Below are positions 42,957 to 53,603 of a DNA stretch of 64,000 bases, in pieces; position 1 is the stretch's first letter, and the number at the start of each line of letters is the position of its first letter. Below the pieces are notes generated by a model. It had not been told where the DNA came from and ran no database searches. It worked only from the letters and a program-made list of their open reading frames with translations. The position numbers and the translations under genes were made by a program. The DNA comes from Clostridia bacterium (GTDB taxonomy: Bacteria > Bacillota > Clostridia > Christensenellales > UBA1242): NCBI GenBank assembly GCA_017478185.1, contig JAFVEA010000009.1:261264-325263 (forward strand), given 5' to 3'.

Positions 42957-43925
42957 ATGGCTGATTATGAGTTTAATAAATTTACAAACGAGTTTAACAA
43001 AACAAATATTATAAATGATGAAAATATATTAAAATCAAAATTTTTTGAGCAAGAAACCAACAAAAATCAAAATTTTGTTAAAGAAAAGAAAAAGAAAAAT
43101 TTTTTATTCTCAAAATTTGTGATATTGCTAGCTTTAACTGCTGTTGTGCAAACAGTTTTTTATATTCCAATTTTTAGTGATATATTTTCGCCGTCACCGC
43201 CGTCACAAGTTTCAACTCCAACCGTTTCAATTTTTCCTAATTATACTTTTAATTCAGTTGTTGAAACAGACAAAAATTTAACTTTTTCATTAACAATTGA
43301 AAATGCAGATTTAGAAAATGAAAATTATTTTTTATATTTAGTAAAAAAAGAAGATGCTAGCGATAAATATTTAAATTCAATACCAATTGAAGTTAGAGAA
43401 AGTGATCGCATAAAAATAACAAATCAAACAAACGTATATAGTTTTCAAAAATATATAACGCCTTTAGGCAGTTTTTATGTAATTCCAGAAACTGATTATA
43501 TGATAATTGTTGCAAAAAATGATGAAATAGTTCAAACAAAAAGTGTTAAAACTGCTTCAAAAATATATTTTAGTGACGTAAATGTATTTTTTGAAAATGA
43601 AAAAATAAATATAAAATTAAAAGCGGATAGTTCATTTAAAGGTTTTGGAACACTGTTAATTCAAGTAAAAAATTTAACTGATTCAACATGGGGGCCACAA
43701 AATAACGGTGTTGACAAAACAACTGGAGTAGAAGACAATTTGGCGGGAGATAAATATAATTTTTCAGTTACAAAAAGCTCAGTTGACCAATATTTTGAAC
43801 TAAAAATTTATTGCATAACAACCGATTCAGAAAAAATTGCCTTACCAGACAGTATAATTTGTGATGACACATATTATTATTTAATTTACACTTATGACAA
43901 ACCATTAATTTTAAAAGGAGAATAA
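42957..43925 (+). CDS. membrane-anchored hypothetical protein
   Basis: A single TM helix (FVILLALTAVVQTVFYIPIF) followed by a beta-rich domain. Confidence 0.55.
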   Translation: MADYEFNKFTNEFNKTNIINDENILKSKFFEQETNKNQNFVKEKKKKNFLFSKFVILLALTAVVQTVFYIPIFSDIFSPSPPSQVSTPTVSIFPNYTFNSVVETDKNLTFSLTIENADLENENYFLYLVKKEDASDKYLNSIPIEVRESDRIKITNQTNVYSFQKYITPLGSFYVIPETDYMIIVAKNDEIVQTKSVKTASKIYFSDVNVFFENEKINIKLKADSSFKGFGTLLIQVKNLTDSTWGPQNNGVDKTTGVEDNLAGDKYNFSVTKSSVDQYFELKIYCITTDSEKIALPDSIICDDTYYYLIYTYDKPLILKGE

Positions 43926-43928
43926 AAA

Positions 43929-44867
43929 ATGGAAGCAAGAAAAACAAATCATATGGTTTTAAAATTAGTTATTCATTATTTAATTTTGCTGTTAATAACA
44001 GCGGCAGCAATTGTTGCGTTTTTTTATAGAGGAGATATAGACAGTTTTTTTGCAAAAAAATTAACAGGAGTTGAAATTGTTGATGTTATTTTAAATCAAA
44101 TTCCACTTGTTATTAAATCAATTCAGTTAATTATTATTGCAATTTTGCTTAATTTATTGTTAAAAGGAATATCAAAAATAGGTTTTGGGTTAACCGACAA
44201 AACAAAAACTATTATAAATATGATTTTAAGTTTGTTAAAATGGATTATAATAATTGCAACAATTTTGCTTATTTTATCTGTTTTTGGAGTTAACACCACA
44301 ACGCTTTTGGCTGGTGCTGGAATTGTTGCTTTAATCATTGGGCTAGGAGCGCAAAGTTTAATTTCAGATATTTTGGCTGGAATATTTATTGTTTTTGAAG
44401 GTAAGTATGTTGTTGGGGATATTGTTGTTATTGATGGTTGGAGAGGAAAAATAACAAGCATTGGCATCAGAACAACTGAACTTCAAGATATTGGTGGAAA
44501 TATAAAAATTATAAATAATAGTGAAATAAAAAGTGTTATAAATCAAACAAAATTTCAGTCTGTTGCATTGTGTTCTATAAATGTTTCATCTGCTGAAAAG
44601 TTAACAAAAGTTGAAGAAATAATAAAGAACAATTTGCCTCAAATAAGAAAAAATATTCCAGCAATAACAGAAGATATTTCTTATAAAGGAGTTCAAAGCA
44701 TAACAGACACAACAACTGAGCTTTTGTTTGGAGCGCAGTGTTATGAAGAAGATTTATATCAAGTTCAAAGAGATTTGCAAAGAGAATTAAAACTATTGTT
44801 AGATAACAACAAGATAGAATGTTTTGCGCCACCAACATATGTGATAGATGAAAAGAAAAACAAATAA
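43929..44867 (+). CDS. MscS-family mechanosensitive channel
   Basis: LGAQSLISDILAGIFIVFEGKYVVGDIVVIDGWRGKITSIGIRTTEL. Confidence 0.85.
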   Translation: MEARKTNHMVLKLVIHYLILLLITAAAIVAFFYRGDIDSFFAKKLTGVEIVDVILNQIPLVIKSIQLIIIAILLNLLLKGISKIGFGLTDKTKTIINMILSLLKWIIIIATILLILSVFGVNTTTLLAGAGIVALIIGLGAQSLISDILAGIFIVFEGKYVVGDIVVIDGWRGKITSIGIRTTELQDIGGNIKIINNSEIKSVINQTKFQSVALCSINVSSAEKLTKVEEIIKNNLPQIRKNIPAITEDISYKGVQSITDTTTELLFGAQCYEEDLYQVQRDLQRELKLLLDNNKIECFAPPTYVIDEKKNK

Positions 44868-45119
44868 AAAACATTAAATTTGCAAAAAACAATCTATTTT
44901 CACATTTTTACACTATTTTTTAAGGTTAAATTTTGCATTTGTTTAATTATTTTACAAAAATAGTCACAGTTTAAAAGAATTGCGTTATTGTTTGGTTTTT
45001 GGATATAGTGAAGAAAACTAAAAAGCAATTCTTTTTTGCGTTATAAAAAGTTAAAAGTTTGTTTGACTTAATGCTTTATTATTTTGTATAATTATATAAA
45101 TTTAATTTGGAGGAAAATT

Positions 45120-45641
45120 ATGAATAAAAAATTAGTTGTGTTTTTTTCGCATCGAGGAGAAACTTATTTCCCAGGTGGGTATAAAAATGTTATAAAAGGA
45201 AATGCCAGCATAATTGCAGATAAAGCTAGAGCGTTATTAAAAGCTGATATGTTTGAAATTAGGGCAAAGGATGATTATCCAGAAGGCTATGATGAATGCT
45301 GTAAAAGAGCAAAAGAAGAACAAAAGAAGAATGTTCTTCCAGAGCTTTTGGGTTATATGCCATCACTTGATGGTTATGAGGATATTATTTTAATATATCC
45401 TTGTTGGTGGGGAACAATGCCACAACCAGTTTTCACATTTTTAAATCACTATGATTTTTCAGATAAAAATATATATCCAATTTGCACGCACGAGGGAAGT
45501 GGTATGGGAAATAGTGAAACAGACTTAAGCAAAACTTGTGAATTTGCAAATATTTTTGCTGGGCTTGCAATTCAAGGGAGCACATCACTAGAATGTGATA
45601 AAAAACTTGAAAAATGGTTAAAAGTTAATCAACTTATTTAA
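45120..45641 (+). CDS. flavodoxin-like protein
   Basis: MNKKLVVFFSHRGETY start and CWWGTMP. Start moved behind GGAGGA. Confidence 0.7.
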   Translation: MNKKLVVFFSHRGETYFPGGYKNVIKGNASIIADKARALLKADMFEIRAKDDYPEGYDECCKRAKEEQKKNVLPELLGYMPSLDGYEDIILIYPCWWGTMPQPVFTFLNHYDFSDKNIYPICTHEGSGMGNSETDLSKTCEFANIFAGLAIQGSTSLECDKKLEKWLKVNQLI

Positions 45642-45655
45642 TTTGGGAGAAAAAG

Positions 45656-46108
45656 ATGCGTAGATTCATAGAAGTTTTAGATGAATTTAAAAAATATGAC
45701 AAAAAGGAAGTATCTCTTCCAAAAAGAGCCACCACTCATTCTGCTGGCTATGATTTTGTTTCACCAATAGATGCTGTTATAGAACCAAAAAGTTCAAAGC
45801 TTATTTGGACGAATATAAAAGCTCAGTTTGAAGAAGATGAAGTTTTGCTTTTGTGTGTTACAAGTGGAATGGGCAAAAAAGGAATTATGCTTGCAAACAA
45901 CATAGGAGTTATAGATTGCGATTATTATTCAAACAGCTCAAACGATGGGAATATTGGATTTAATTTATATAACTATTTTGATGAGCCATATTTAATAAAA
46001 AGCGGAGATAAAATAGGGCAAGGCATATTTACAAAATTTTTAAAAGTTTGTGATGAAGAAGAAATAAAAAACAAAAGAAACGGTGGTTTTGGTTCAACTG
46101 TGAAGTGA
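45656..46108 (+). CDS. dut: dUTP diphosphatase
   Basis: HSAGYDF, GVIDCDY and NGGFGST motifs. Confidence 0.85.
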   Translation: MRRFIEVLDEFKKYDKKEVSLPKRATTHSAGYDFVSPIDAVIEPKSSKLIWTNIKAQFEEDEVLLLCVTSGMGKKGIMLANNIGVIDCDYYSNSSNDGNIGFNLYNYFDEPYLIKSGDKIGQGIFTKFLKVCDEEEIKNKRNGGFGSTVK

Positions 46109-46214
46109 TAATTTTTGTTTTTAGCATAAAAATCATTATTTTTTGTGGTTAGTTATAAATTTTTAAAGTGTTAAAAAGCTTTTTAATAAAATTTTTTAGC
46201 ATTGGAGCTTTATT

Positions 46215-47393
46215 ATGGAAATAGACAAAGAAGATTTAAAAAGAGAAATATTTAGTTTAATTGATGAAAACAAAATTAACAAAATAATTGTTAGTAATCC
46301 TTTATCAAAAAACAACAAATTTAAAAAAATTGTTATAGAAAACAAATTAAATCATTATTTAGAGTGCGCAATAACAGAAAAGCAATCTTTTTCAAAAAAT
46401 TTATCAACAAAAGAAATTAAGGATAAAATTTTTTTGTATAAAAATGAATTTAAGCAATATAATTTTTTTACAAATGAATTTGAATATATGATAAAAATTT
46501 CTAAAAAAGAAAAGATGTTTTTAACAAAAACCAAAACAGAAAAAGAATTAACAATAGCAAATTCTAGCAACAACAGAATGAAAAATTATATCTTAAAAGA
46601 AGGCGAAATTATCCCACCACTAATTGATATGGGAGTTTATACAAAAGACGGAAAAATTATAAATTCGATGTATGACAAATATAGGCAAATAAACAGATTT
46701 ATTGAACTTGTTGATGACTATATTAAAAAAAGTGATATAAAAAAGATAAATATAATTGATTTTGGGTGCGGAAAGTCTTATTTAACTTTTGTTGTGTATT
46801 ATTATTTTAAAACAATAAAAAATATTGATGTTAACATAATTGGTTTGGATTTAAAAGAAGATGTTATAAAAAAATGTAACGAAACAGCAAAAAAATATGG
46901 TTATAAAAATCTTAAATTTGAGCTTGGGGACATAAATGGGTATAAACCAAGATTTGATACTGATATGATAATAACTCTTCATGCGTGTGACACCGCCACA
47001 GATTATGCGTTATATAATGCCATAAAATGGAATGTTAAAATGATTTTTTCAGTTCCGTGTTGCCAACACGAAATAAATAGTCAAATAGAATCAAAAAATT
47101 TGCCAATCATAACGCGATATGGGTTAATAAAAGAAAGGATTTCATCTGATTTCACCGATATAATTAGATGCAATTTGTTAAAAGTGATGGGTTATAATGT
47201 TGATATGATAGAATTTATTGGCTTTGAGCATACTCCAAAAAATATATTAATTAGAGCAAATTTAACCAAAATTCCTTTAAGTGTTAGAAAAAAATATTTA
47301 AAAGAAGTTGTAGATTTAAAAACATTTTTTAATTTTGAGCAAACGCTATACAATTTGTTAAGAAATTCTTTTGAAAATATAAATAAGTGTTAA
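46215..47393 (+). CDS. class I SAM-dependent methyltransferase
   Basis: IIDFGCGKSYLTF (motif I) and LDLKEDV (motif II). Confidence 0.75.
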   Translation: MEIDKEDLKREIFSLIDENKINKIIVSNPLSKNNKFKKIVIENKLNHYLECAITEKQSFSKNLSTKEIKDKIFLYKNEFKQYNFFTNEFEYMIKISKKEKMFLTKTKTEKELTIANSSNNRMKNYILKEGEIIPPLIDMGVYTKDGKIINSMYDKYRQINRFIELVDDYIKKSDIKKINIIDFGCGKSYLTFVVYYYFKTIKNIDVNIIGLDLKEDVIKKCNETAKKYGYKNLKFELGDINGYKPRFDTDMIITLHACDTATDYALYNAIKWNVKMIFSVPCCQHEINSQIESKNLPIITRYGLIKERISSDFTDIIRCNLLKVMGYNVDMIEFIGFEHTPKNILIRANLTKIPLSVRKKYLKEVVDLKTFFNFEQTLYNLLRNSFENINKC

Positions 47394-47426
47394 AAAGTTG
47401 ATGAAAAAGTTTTTATACAAAAATTA

Positions 47427-47545
47427 GTGGCGTTATAAATTGTATGAAATAAGTAAGATAGAGATTGCCACACTTTTCTTGCAATGCCTTGATATGGCAG
47501 CCGAAAGGCATTCTGAGGAGACACATTGTGCCGATGTGAAAATTT
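47427..47545. repeat. dispersed composite palindromic repeat, copy R4 (inverted orientation)
   Basis: GGCGTTATAAATTGTATGAAA, AGAGATTGCCAC...TTGCAATGCC and CATTCTGAGG...GATGTGAAAAT. Confidence 0.7.
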
Positions 47546-47675
47546 CAAAAAGCTTTTATTTAAATATACTTTTAATAATGTCACCCCAAAAATTAATAAA
47601 TTTTATTTAAAAAATGCTGTTTTAAGTTGATTTTATTTAAAATTTTAGGTATGATTATAAAAAATGGAGGGAAAT

Positions 47676-48398
47676 ATGGCTAACAGTTCTTTGGATTTTA
47701 AAGCGTTTGGAATTAAAGACAATTTGCAAAAACTTGTGAAAAGAACTAGCATTTTGGAGATAATAACTGGTTTTTATATGATAGTTTTGTCTTTGTGTGT
47801 TTTTCTTGTTTTGGTGGCTATTTACAGTCCTTTAAAAAATGATATATTTAATTTTTTTGGGTTTAAAGAAACATCATCTGTTGTTTTGGGGACTTCGTTT
47901 ACTATTCTTTTTGCTGTTATTGGGGCAATGTATTTGGTGGTTGGAACGGTTAGCTTGGTTTCAGGATTAAAAACAAAATCTTATGCAAACAACCCAGTAA
48001 CTTTAATAGAAGGCAAAAAACAATATATAACTTTGGCAATTTCATATATGGTGTTTATGGTTTTAATGATTTTGTCTGTGTATTTTTTTATTGTATTTCC
48101 TTTTATATTGTTTATTTTTCTTGTGATTATAGGGTTGCTTCTTATATTAACTTTAATATTTTTTAAATTTTTAGCAATAAAAAATGTTCCAAACAAAGTG
48201 GAAGTTTTAAATGTTGAAACATTATCAGACGACAAAAAAGAAGCGATTTTGCTAAATTCAAACAATCTTGATGAGGTAAAAAAAGAAATTGAGCCTAAAA
48301 AAGAAAAAGTTTGCGAAAAATGTAAGGCAAAAATGCCTATGTCTGCAAAAAAATGCCCATCTTGTGGCGAGCTTGTAAAAAAAGTTAAAAATAAATAA
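47676..48398 (+). CDS. membrane protein with C-terminal zinc ribbon
   Basis: Four TM helices. CEKCKAKMPMSAKKCPSCGE at the C-terminus. Confidence 0.6.
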   Translation: MANSSLDFKAFGIKDNLQKLVKRTSILEIITGFYMIVLSLCVFLVLVAIYSPLKNDIFNFFGFKETSSVVLGTSFTILFAVIGAMYLVVGTVSLVSGLKTKSYANNPVTLIEGKKQYITLAISYMVFMVLMILSVYFFIVFPFILFIFLVIIGLLLILTLIFFKFLAIKNVPNKVEVLNVETLSDDKKEAILLNSNNLDEVKKEIEPKKEKVCEKCKAKMPMSAKKCPSCGELVKKVKNK

Positions 48399-48494
48399 AA
48401 AAATAATTACAAAAAGTGTTAAAATATGTTGTTTTAGCACTTTTTTAAAAGTTTTGATATTGACATAGCTTGTGTTTTGTGTTAAAATTTTCTT

Positions 48495-49667
48495 ATGGAG
48501 TTGAGAAAAATGGAAAAAATAACAGAAAACCAAGATTTTTTGTCACCATATATTTTTAGAAAGCTAAAGAGAATAGAAAGAAACAAACCTTGGAGCAAAT
48601 CATATTGGCTTAATATTGGTGATGAAAAATATATGTTTAAATATGATGAACGCGCTGAAAGCAATGCACAAAAATTATATAGTGAAATAATAATTTCAAA
48701 ATTATGTGAAAAATTTGATGTTCCTTGTGTTAAATATATTCATGCAGTTAACGAGAGTTTTTTTAATAGCACAAATGGAGTTATGGTTAAAAGTTTTTTA
48801 AAAAATGATGAACAAGAAATTTCGTTTAAAAAGTTGAGATATTATGAAGAGTTGAAAAAAATCAAAGATTTGATTTTGCCAATACAAGTTATATATGCCA
48901 ACTTTTCACCAATTTGTTTTGCTCGAGGAGAGTTTCTCATAGAAGATAGAGTTAGACAACTTTTAAATGAGCAAGACCCAAGGCATAAAAGGCTTTTAAA
49001 AATGGAAAAAGATTTTTTAAACAGACACAAAAAAGAATTAACAGAGTTTGCTGAAAAAGATTATTTCGAAAAAAATGTTACAATTCAAACTCACATTGAT
49101 AGAGCTAAAGAATATTGTGATAAATATGGATATAAAATTGAAGGGAACTTAAAACTTCAACTTCAAAAAATTGCCATTATAGACAATATCACAAGGCAAA
49201 CAGATAGGCAAGAGGAAAATATGAGTTTGATTTTAAATCCTCAAACAAAAACTGCTAGGCTTGCACCTTTGTTTGACAACGGAAACACTTTTGGATTTGC
49301 TGAAAAGGTTAGGCCGGGTGAATATCCTTATTGTTCACGCCAATATATTGAATTAACAGAAAGTGACTACAAAGAAATGGCAGACAAAACAACAGAAATT
49401 GGCGCTTTTTATGAAAAAGTTAAAAATTTTCAAGATGAAGATTTAAACGGTTTTTTAGAGCAATTAAAAATTGAAGCAAAAATTTCTAGAGATAACAACA
49501 AAAAATATTTTAAAGATGAAAGTTTATCCGCTAAAAGTTGTGATAAATATGTTGATGATGTTAAAGGTTATTACAAACGTGGAATTGACTTTTTAGAAAA
49601 TAATATAAAAAAATATGGCGGTTTAAGCAATAATTTGCCTGATGAAGAAAATAAGATAAATTTTTAA
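48495..49667 (+). CDS. HipA-like kinase-fold protein (putative)
   Basis: ITRQTDRQEENMSLI...ARLAPLFDNGNTFG resembles the HipA_C catalytic and activation loops (D-x-H-x-x-N ... aP-x-yD). Confidence 0.4.
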   Translation: MELRKMEKITENQDFLSPYIFRKLKRIERNKPWSKSYWLNIGDEKYMFKYDERAESNAQKLYSEIIISKLCEKFDVPCVKYIHAVNESFFNSTNGVMVKSFLKNDEQEISFKKLRYYEELKKIKDLILPIQVIYANFSPICFARGEFLIEDRVRQLLNEQDPRHKRLLKMEKDFLNRHKKELTEFAEKDYFEKNVTIQTHIDRAKEYCDKYGYKIEGNLKLQLQKIAIIDNITRQTDRQEENMSLILNPQTKTARLAPLFDNGNTFGFAEKVRPGEYPYCSRQYIELTESDYKEMADKTTEIGAFYEKVKNFQDEDLNGFLEQLKIEAKISRDNNKKYFKDESLSAKSCDKYVDDVKGYYKRGIDFLENNIKKYGGLSNNLPDEENKINF

Positions 49668-49802
49668 AACGAACAAAATTTTTTAATAAAAAACACTTTA
49701 ATTTTTGAGTAAAGTGTTTTTTTATTGTTTTTTGGTTTTTTGTTTGACTATTTTTTTTATAAAAGTTAAAATATCTATAAAAAATGAAAAAGGAGTTTTT
49801 TT

Positions 49803-51089
49803 ATGGCTATTCAACTCACAAAAGAACAAAAAGAAATTTTGAATGGTTCAAAAGGTGAAACAATGGCAAAAGTTTTAAAAACAATGGTTATGTATGGTGA
49901 AACTTTTGGTGCAAAAAAGCTTGTTCCAGTAACATCAAAATATAATCACTTGGTAACATCTTTTGGATTAAAAGCTTTAGGGCCAGTTTATGACCTTATG
50001 AACAAGCTTATTGAAACAGGAGCAAAATCTGGGCAACAATTTTCTGTTGACCCAAGACCACTAGACAAAAATGTTCCAGCAAACTTTTTGCAAAAACTTA
50101 TTTTTAACAAATTTATGTATTCTAAACAAGAATTTTATGAAAAGCAACTAGAAGCTTTGGGGCTTATGAACAAAGATGCTTTCACTTGCACTGCTTATAT
50201 GACCGAAGTTGGCAACAAGCCACAAAAAGGAGATGTTTTAAGCTGGTCTGAGTCTTCAGCTGTTGTTTATGCAAACAGTGTTTTGGGAGCAAGATGTAAC
50301 CGAAATTCAGGTATTATAGATTTAATGGGTTCAGTTGTTGGATTTGTTCCTTATTTTGGACTTTTAACCGATGAGGGCAGAAAGGCTAAGTGGATTGTTA
50401 AAATTGAAACATCAAAAAAGCCAGAAGCACAGCTTTTGGGTTCAGCAATAGGAATGAAAGTTATGGAAGATGTTCCTTATGTTATTGGCCTTGATAAATG
50501 GCTTGGCAAAAAACTTGATGAAGAAACCTGTTCATACCTAAAAGATTTTGGTGCAGCAACAGCATCAAATGGAGCTGTTGGGCTTTATCACATAGACAAG
50601 TTAACCCCAGAAGCAAAAGAATTTAAAACAAGCTTAATTGAAAAGGGTGCAAAAGAATATGTTATTGATGACGAAGAATTAGAAAGAGTTAAAAATTCTT
50701 ATCCAGTTGTTTGGAAAAACAAAAACGCAAAACCAAAACTTTGTTTTATGGGTTGCCCACATATGTCTCTTGAGCAACTTATTTCTTGGACAAAAAAATT
50801 GGATGCAGCATTAAAGTCTGTTAACAGAAAAAAGGTATATATAAAAACAGTGTTCACAGCTTCGCCTGGAGTTGTTAAAGAATTTGAAAAAACAGGGTAT
50901 GCACCAATGCTTAAAAATATGGGGGTTATTGTTTCATCAATTTGTCCTCTAATGTATATGAACAACCCACTTTGTTCAAAAATGCCAGTTATAACTTCAT
51001 CAAACAAACTTCGAACCTACACAACAGCAAGATATTATACAGATGATGAAATTTTATCTCAAATAACAAAAGGAGGAACAGCTATATGA
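49803..51089 (+). CDS. aconitase X catalytic subunit (DUF521)
   Basis: 428 aa AcnX-like, overlapping the DUF126 partner. Confidence 0.7.
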   Translation: MAIQLTKEQKEILNGSKGETMAKVLKTMVMYGETFGAKKLVPVTSKYNHLVTSFGLKALGPVYDLMNKLIETGAKSGQQFSVDPRPLDKNVPANFLQKLIFNKFMYSKQEFYEKQLEALGLMNKDAFTCTAYMTEVGNKPQKGDVLSWSESSAVVYANSVLGARCNRNSGIIDLMGSVVGFVPYFGLLTDEGRKAKWIVKIETSKKPEAQLLGSAIGMKVMEDVPYVIGLDKWLGKKLDEETCSYLKDFGAATASNGAVGLYHIDKLTPEAKEFKTSLIEKGAKEYVIDDEELERVKNSYPVVWKNKNAKPKLCFMGCPHMSLEQLISWTKKLDAALKSVNRKKVYIKTVFTASPGVVKEFEKTGYAPMLKNMGVIVSSICPLMYMNNPLCSKMPVITSSNKLRTYTTARYYTDDEILSQITKGGTAI

Positions 51090-51529
51090 AAAAATTTAAA
51101 GGAAGAGTGGTAACTCCTGGGCAGGTTTCAGCAAAAGCCTTAGTTAGCCACGGAGGATTAAACACCTTGGCATCTTTTCAAAAAGCGCTTCAGTTTGGAG
51201 ATAAAAAAGCAACTTGTGGCGACCAAAACAACAAAGATTTATACGGCAAACAAATGGCGGGCAAAGCATTATGCCTTCCGCAAACAATTGGTTCAACAAC
51301 TGGAGGGCTTGTTTTGTATTGTGCTTGTGCAATGAAAAGGCAACCAGCGTGTTTGCTTTTTAGCAAGCCTATAGACTCACTCGCAGCAGCTGGCGCAATT
51401 TTGGCCGAAGTTTGGCTTGATGATGTTAAAATGCCAGTTATAGATAGCCTAGGAGAAGAGTTTTTAAATTATGTTAAGGATGATATGACAATAACTATAA
51501 AAGAAAATGGAGTTGTTGAGGTTGAATAG
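51086..51529 (+). CDS. aconitase X swivel-domain subunit (DUF126)
   Basis: 147 aa with GRVVTPG...GSTTGG. ATGA overlap with the large subunit. Confidence 0.7.
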   Translation: MKKFKGRVVTPGQVSAKALVSHGGLNTLASFQKALQFGDKKATCGDQNNKDLYGKQMAGKALCLPQTIGSTTGGLVLYCACAMKRQPACLLFSKPIDSLAAAGAILAEVWLDDVKMPVIDSLGEEFLNYVKDDMTITIKENGVVEVE

Positions 51530-51550
51530 CTTTTATATTAAAACAAATAA

Positions 51551-51581
51551 AGAGTGTAAGCGTGGCATACACTCTTTTTTA
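51551..51581 (+). terminator. Rho-independent terminator
   Basis: AGAGTGTA-N9-TACACTCT followed by a T-run. Confidence 0.7.
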
Positions 51582-51754
51582 AATTCAATTTATTTGTATG
51601 ATTGTTTTTTGAAGTATAATTATATCAACTTATATAGGACAAACATAAATTTTAATAATATTATAAATTTATTTTAAAAATTTTTTCAAATTTTGATACA
51701 GAATAATATTTTTTATGTTATAATGAACTTATAATATTGAGAAGAGGAATGTAA

Positions 51755-53602
51755 GTGCGCTATATTGGTAATAAATCAAAAGTTTTGAATGAGATTGATA
51801 ATATAATTTATAAGAAAGGACTAAACAAGAAGGGTCTTACTTTTTTTGATGCATTTACTGGTACGGCCACAGTTGCACATCATTATAAAAGTAAATATCA
51901 TTTACTTGCTAATGATAATTTATATTTCTCCTATATAATAGCAGAAGCTAAACTTAATTCTAAATCTAATATGTTTAAAAAACTTGGTTTTGATCCTTTT
52001 GATTATTTTAATAAAGTTGATACATCTGAATGTGTTGGATTTATTACCAAAAATTTTGCTCCAGTTTTGTCTGATAGAATGTATTTTAGTGATGAAAATG
52101 CTAGGTTTATTGATTTTATTAGACAAACAATAAATGATTGGTATACAGCTGATAAAATTACAGAAAACGAAAAATACTTTTTAATAGCTTCATTGATTGA
52201 ATCTGTTTCAAAAGTTGCAAATGTTGCTGGGGTTTATGGTTCATTTCTAAAGACATGGGATCCTAGAGCTGTAAAAAGAATGATTTATATACCTATTGAT
52301 ACAGAGCCATATGTTGATGATTTGGCAGAAATATACAATGATGATATACTAAATGTTATTAAAAAAGTTAAAGGTGATATTTTATACTTAGACCCACCAT
52401 ATACAAAAAATCAATATTCATCTCAGTATCACTTATTAGAAACTATTGCTTTATATGATAATCCAATTCTTAAAGGTAAAACTGGGGCAAGAGATATGCG
52501 TATGTATACCTCTGACTTTTCTCGTGAAGGTAATGTTCATATAGCTTTTGAAGAATTGATTGCAAATGCTAATTTTAAATATATAATATTAAGTTATAGT
52601 TCAGATGGAATAATGTCTAAAGAGTATATTGAAAGTATATTTAAAAGGTATGGAAAAAAAGAAACTTTCGAGTTTGTTAAATTTTCGTACAGACAATACA
52701 AAAATAGCAAAGCGGAAGATAAAACTGATCATTGTGAATATTTGTTTTATATAGAAAAAGATTTTAATCCTAAATATGCTTCTCCACTAAATTTTATTGG
52801 AGGGAAACATGATATGATAGATTTTTTGAAAAGTTATATGCCTAAGAAAATTGATACTTTTTATGATTTATTTGCGGGCGGGTTTAATGTTGGAATAAAT
52901 GTGAGTGCTGATAAAATTGTTTATAATGATATTAATTTTAAAGTTAGAGAACTATTAGAATATATTACAAACGCAGATATGAAAGATTTTTATAAATATA
53001 TTTCATCAACAATAGTTAAATTTGGATTAAAAAATGAAGATAAAGAATCATATATTAAATTGAGAGATAAATATAATAACACTCCAATTGACAAAAGAGA
53101 TTGTAGGGATTTATTCCTATTAATTATGTATGGATTTCAACAGCAAATACGATTCAATAGTAAATTAGATTATAATAACCCTGTTGGACAAGCAGGATTT
53201 AATGATAAGGTACTAGATAAATTAATATCCTTTGCTAGGATTACAAAGCAGAAAAAAGTGTTTTATTATTCAGAAGATTATGAACGCTTTTTGGATTATA
53301 TAACCAAAGAAGATTTTGTTTACATTGATCCACCATATTTAATAACTCTTGGCAGTTATAATGACGGCAAACGCGGTTTTAATGGTTGGAACGAAAAAGA
53401 AGAATTGAGATTGCTAAAATTTTTAGATTGTCTAAATAAAAGACATATAAAATTTATGTTATCAAATGTTTTAACACATAAAGACAAAACTAATAAAATT
53501 CTTAAAGAATGGATAGAAAACAATAATTTCACAATAATTAAATATGATAGGAAAGCTCGTGGCAATAGAGCGGAAATAATTGTTTTAAATTATGAGGTGT
53601 AA
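51755..53602 (+). CDS. tandem two-domain Dam-like (D12-class) N6-adenine DNA methyltransferase
   Basis: RYIGNKSK plus FDAFTGT and ILYLDPPY in the N-half. LNFIGGKHD, FYDLFAGG and FVYIDPPY in the C-half. GTG start. Confidence 0.8.
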   Translation: MRYIGNKSKVLNEIDNIIYKKGLNKKGLTFFDAFTGTATVAHHYKSKYHLLANDNLYFSYIIAEAKLNSKSNMFKKLGFDPFDYFNKVDTSECVGFITKNFAPVLSDRMYFSDENARFIDFIRQTINDWYTADKITENEKYFLIASLIESVSKVANVAGVYGSFLKTWDPRAVKRMIYIPIDTEPYVDDLAEIYNDDILNVIKKVKGDILYLDPPYTKNQYSSQYHLLETIALYDNPILKGKTGARDMRMYTSDFSREGNVHIAFEELIANANFKYIILSYSSDGIMSKEYIESIFKRYGKKETFEFVKFSYRQYKNSKAEDKTDHCEYLFYIEKDFNPKYASPLNFIGGKHDMIDFLKSYMPKKIDTFYDLFAGGFNVGINVSADKIVYNDINFKVRELLEYITNADMKDFYKYISSTIVKFGLKNEDKESYIKLRDKYNNTPIDKRDCRDLFLLIMYGFQQQIRFNSKLDYNNPVGQAGFNDKVLDKLISFARITKQKKVFYYSEDYERFLDYITKEDFVYIDPPYLITLGSYNDGKRGFNGWNEKEELRLLKFLDCLNKRHIKFMLSNVLTHKDKTNKILKEWIENNNFTIIKYDRKARGNRAEIIVLNYEV

Positions 53603-53603
53603 T

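Noticed and set aside
47390-47584. Listed 64-aa minus-strand ORF
   Set aside because: It spans repeat copy R4 and has no SD.
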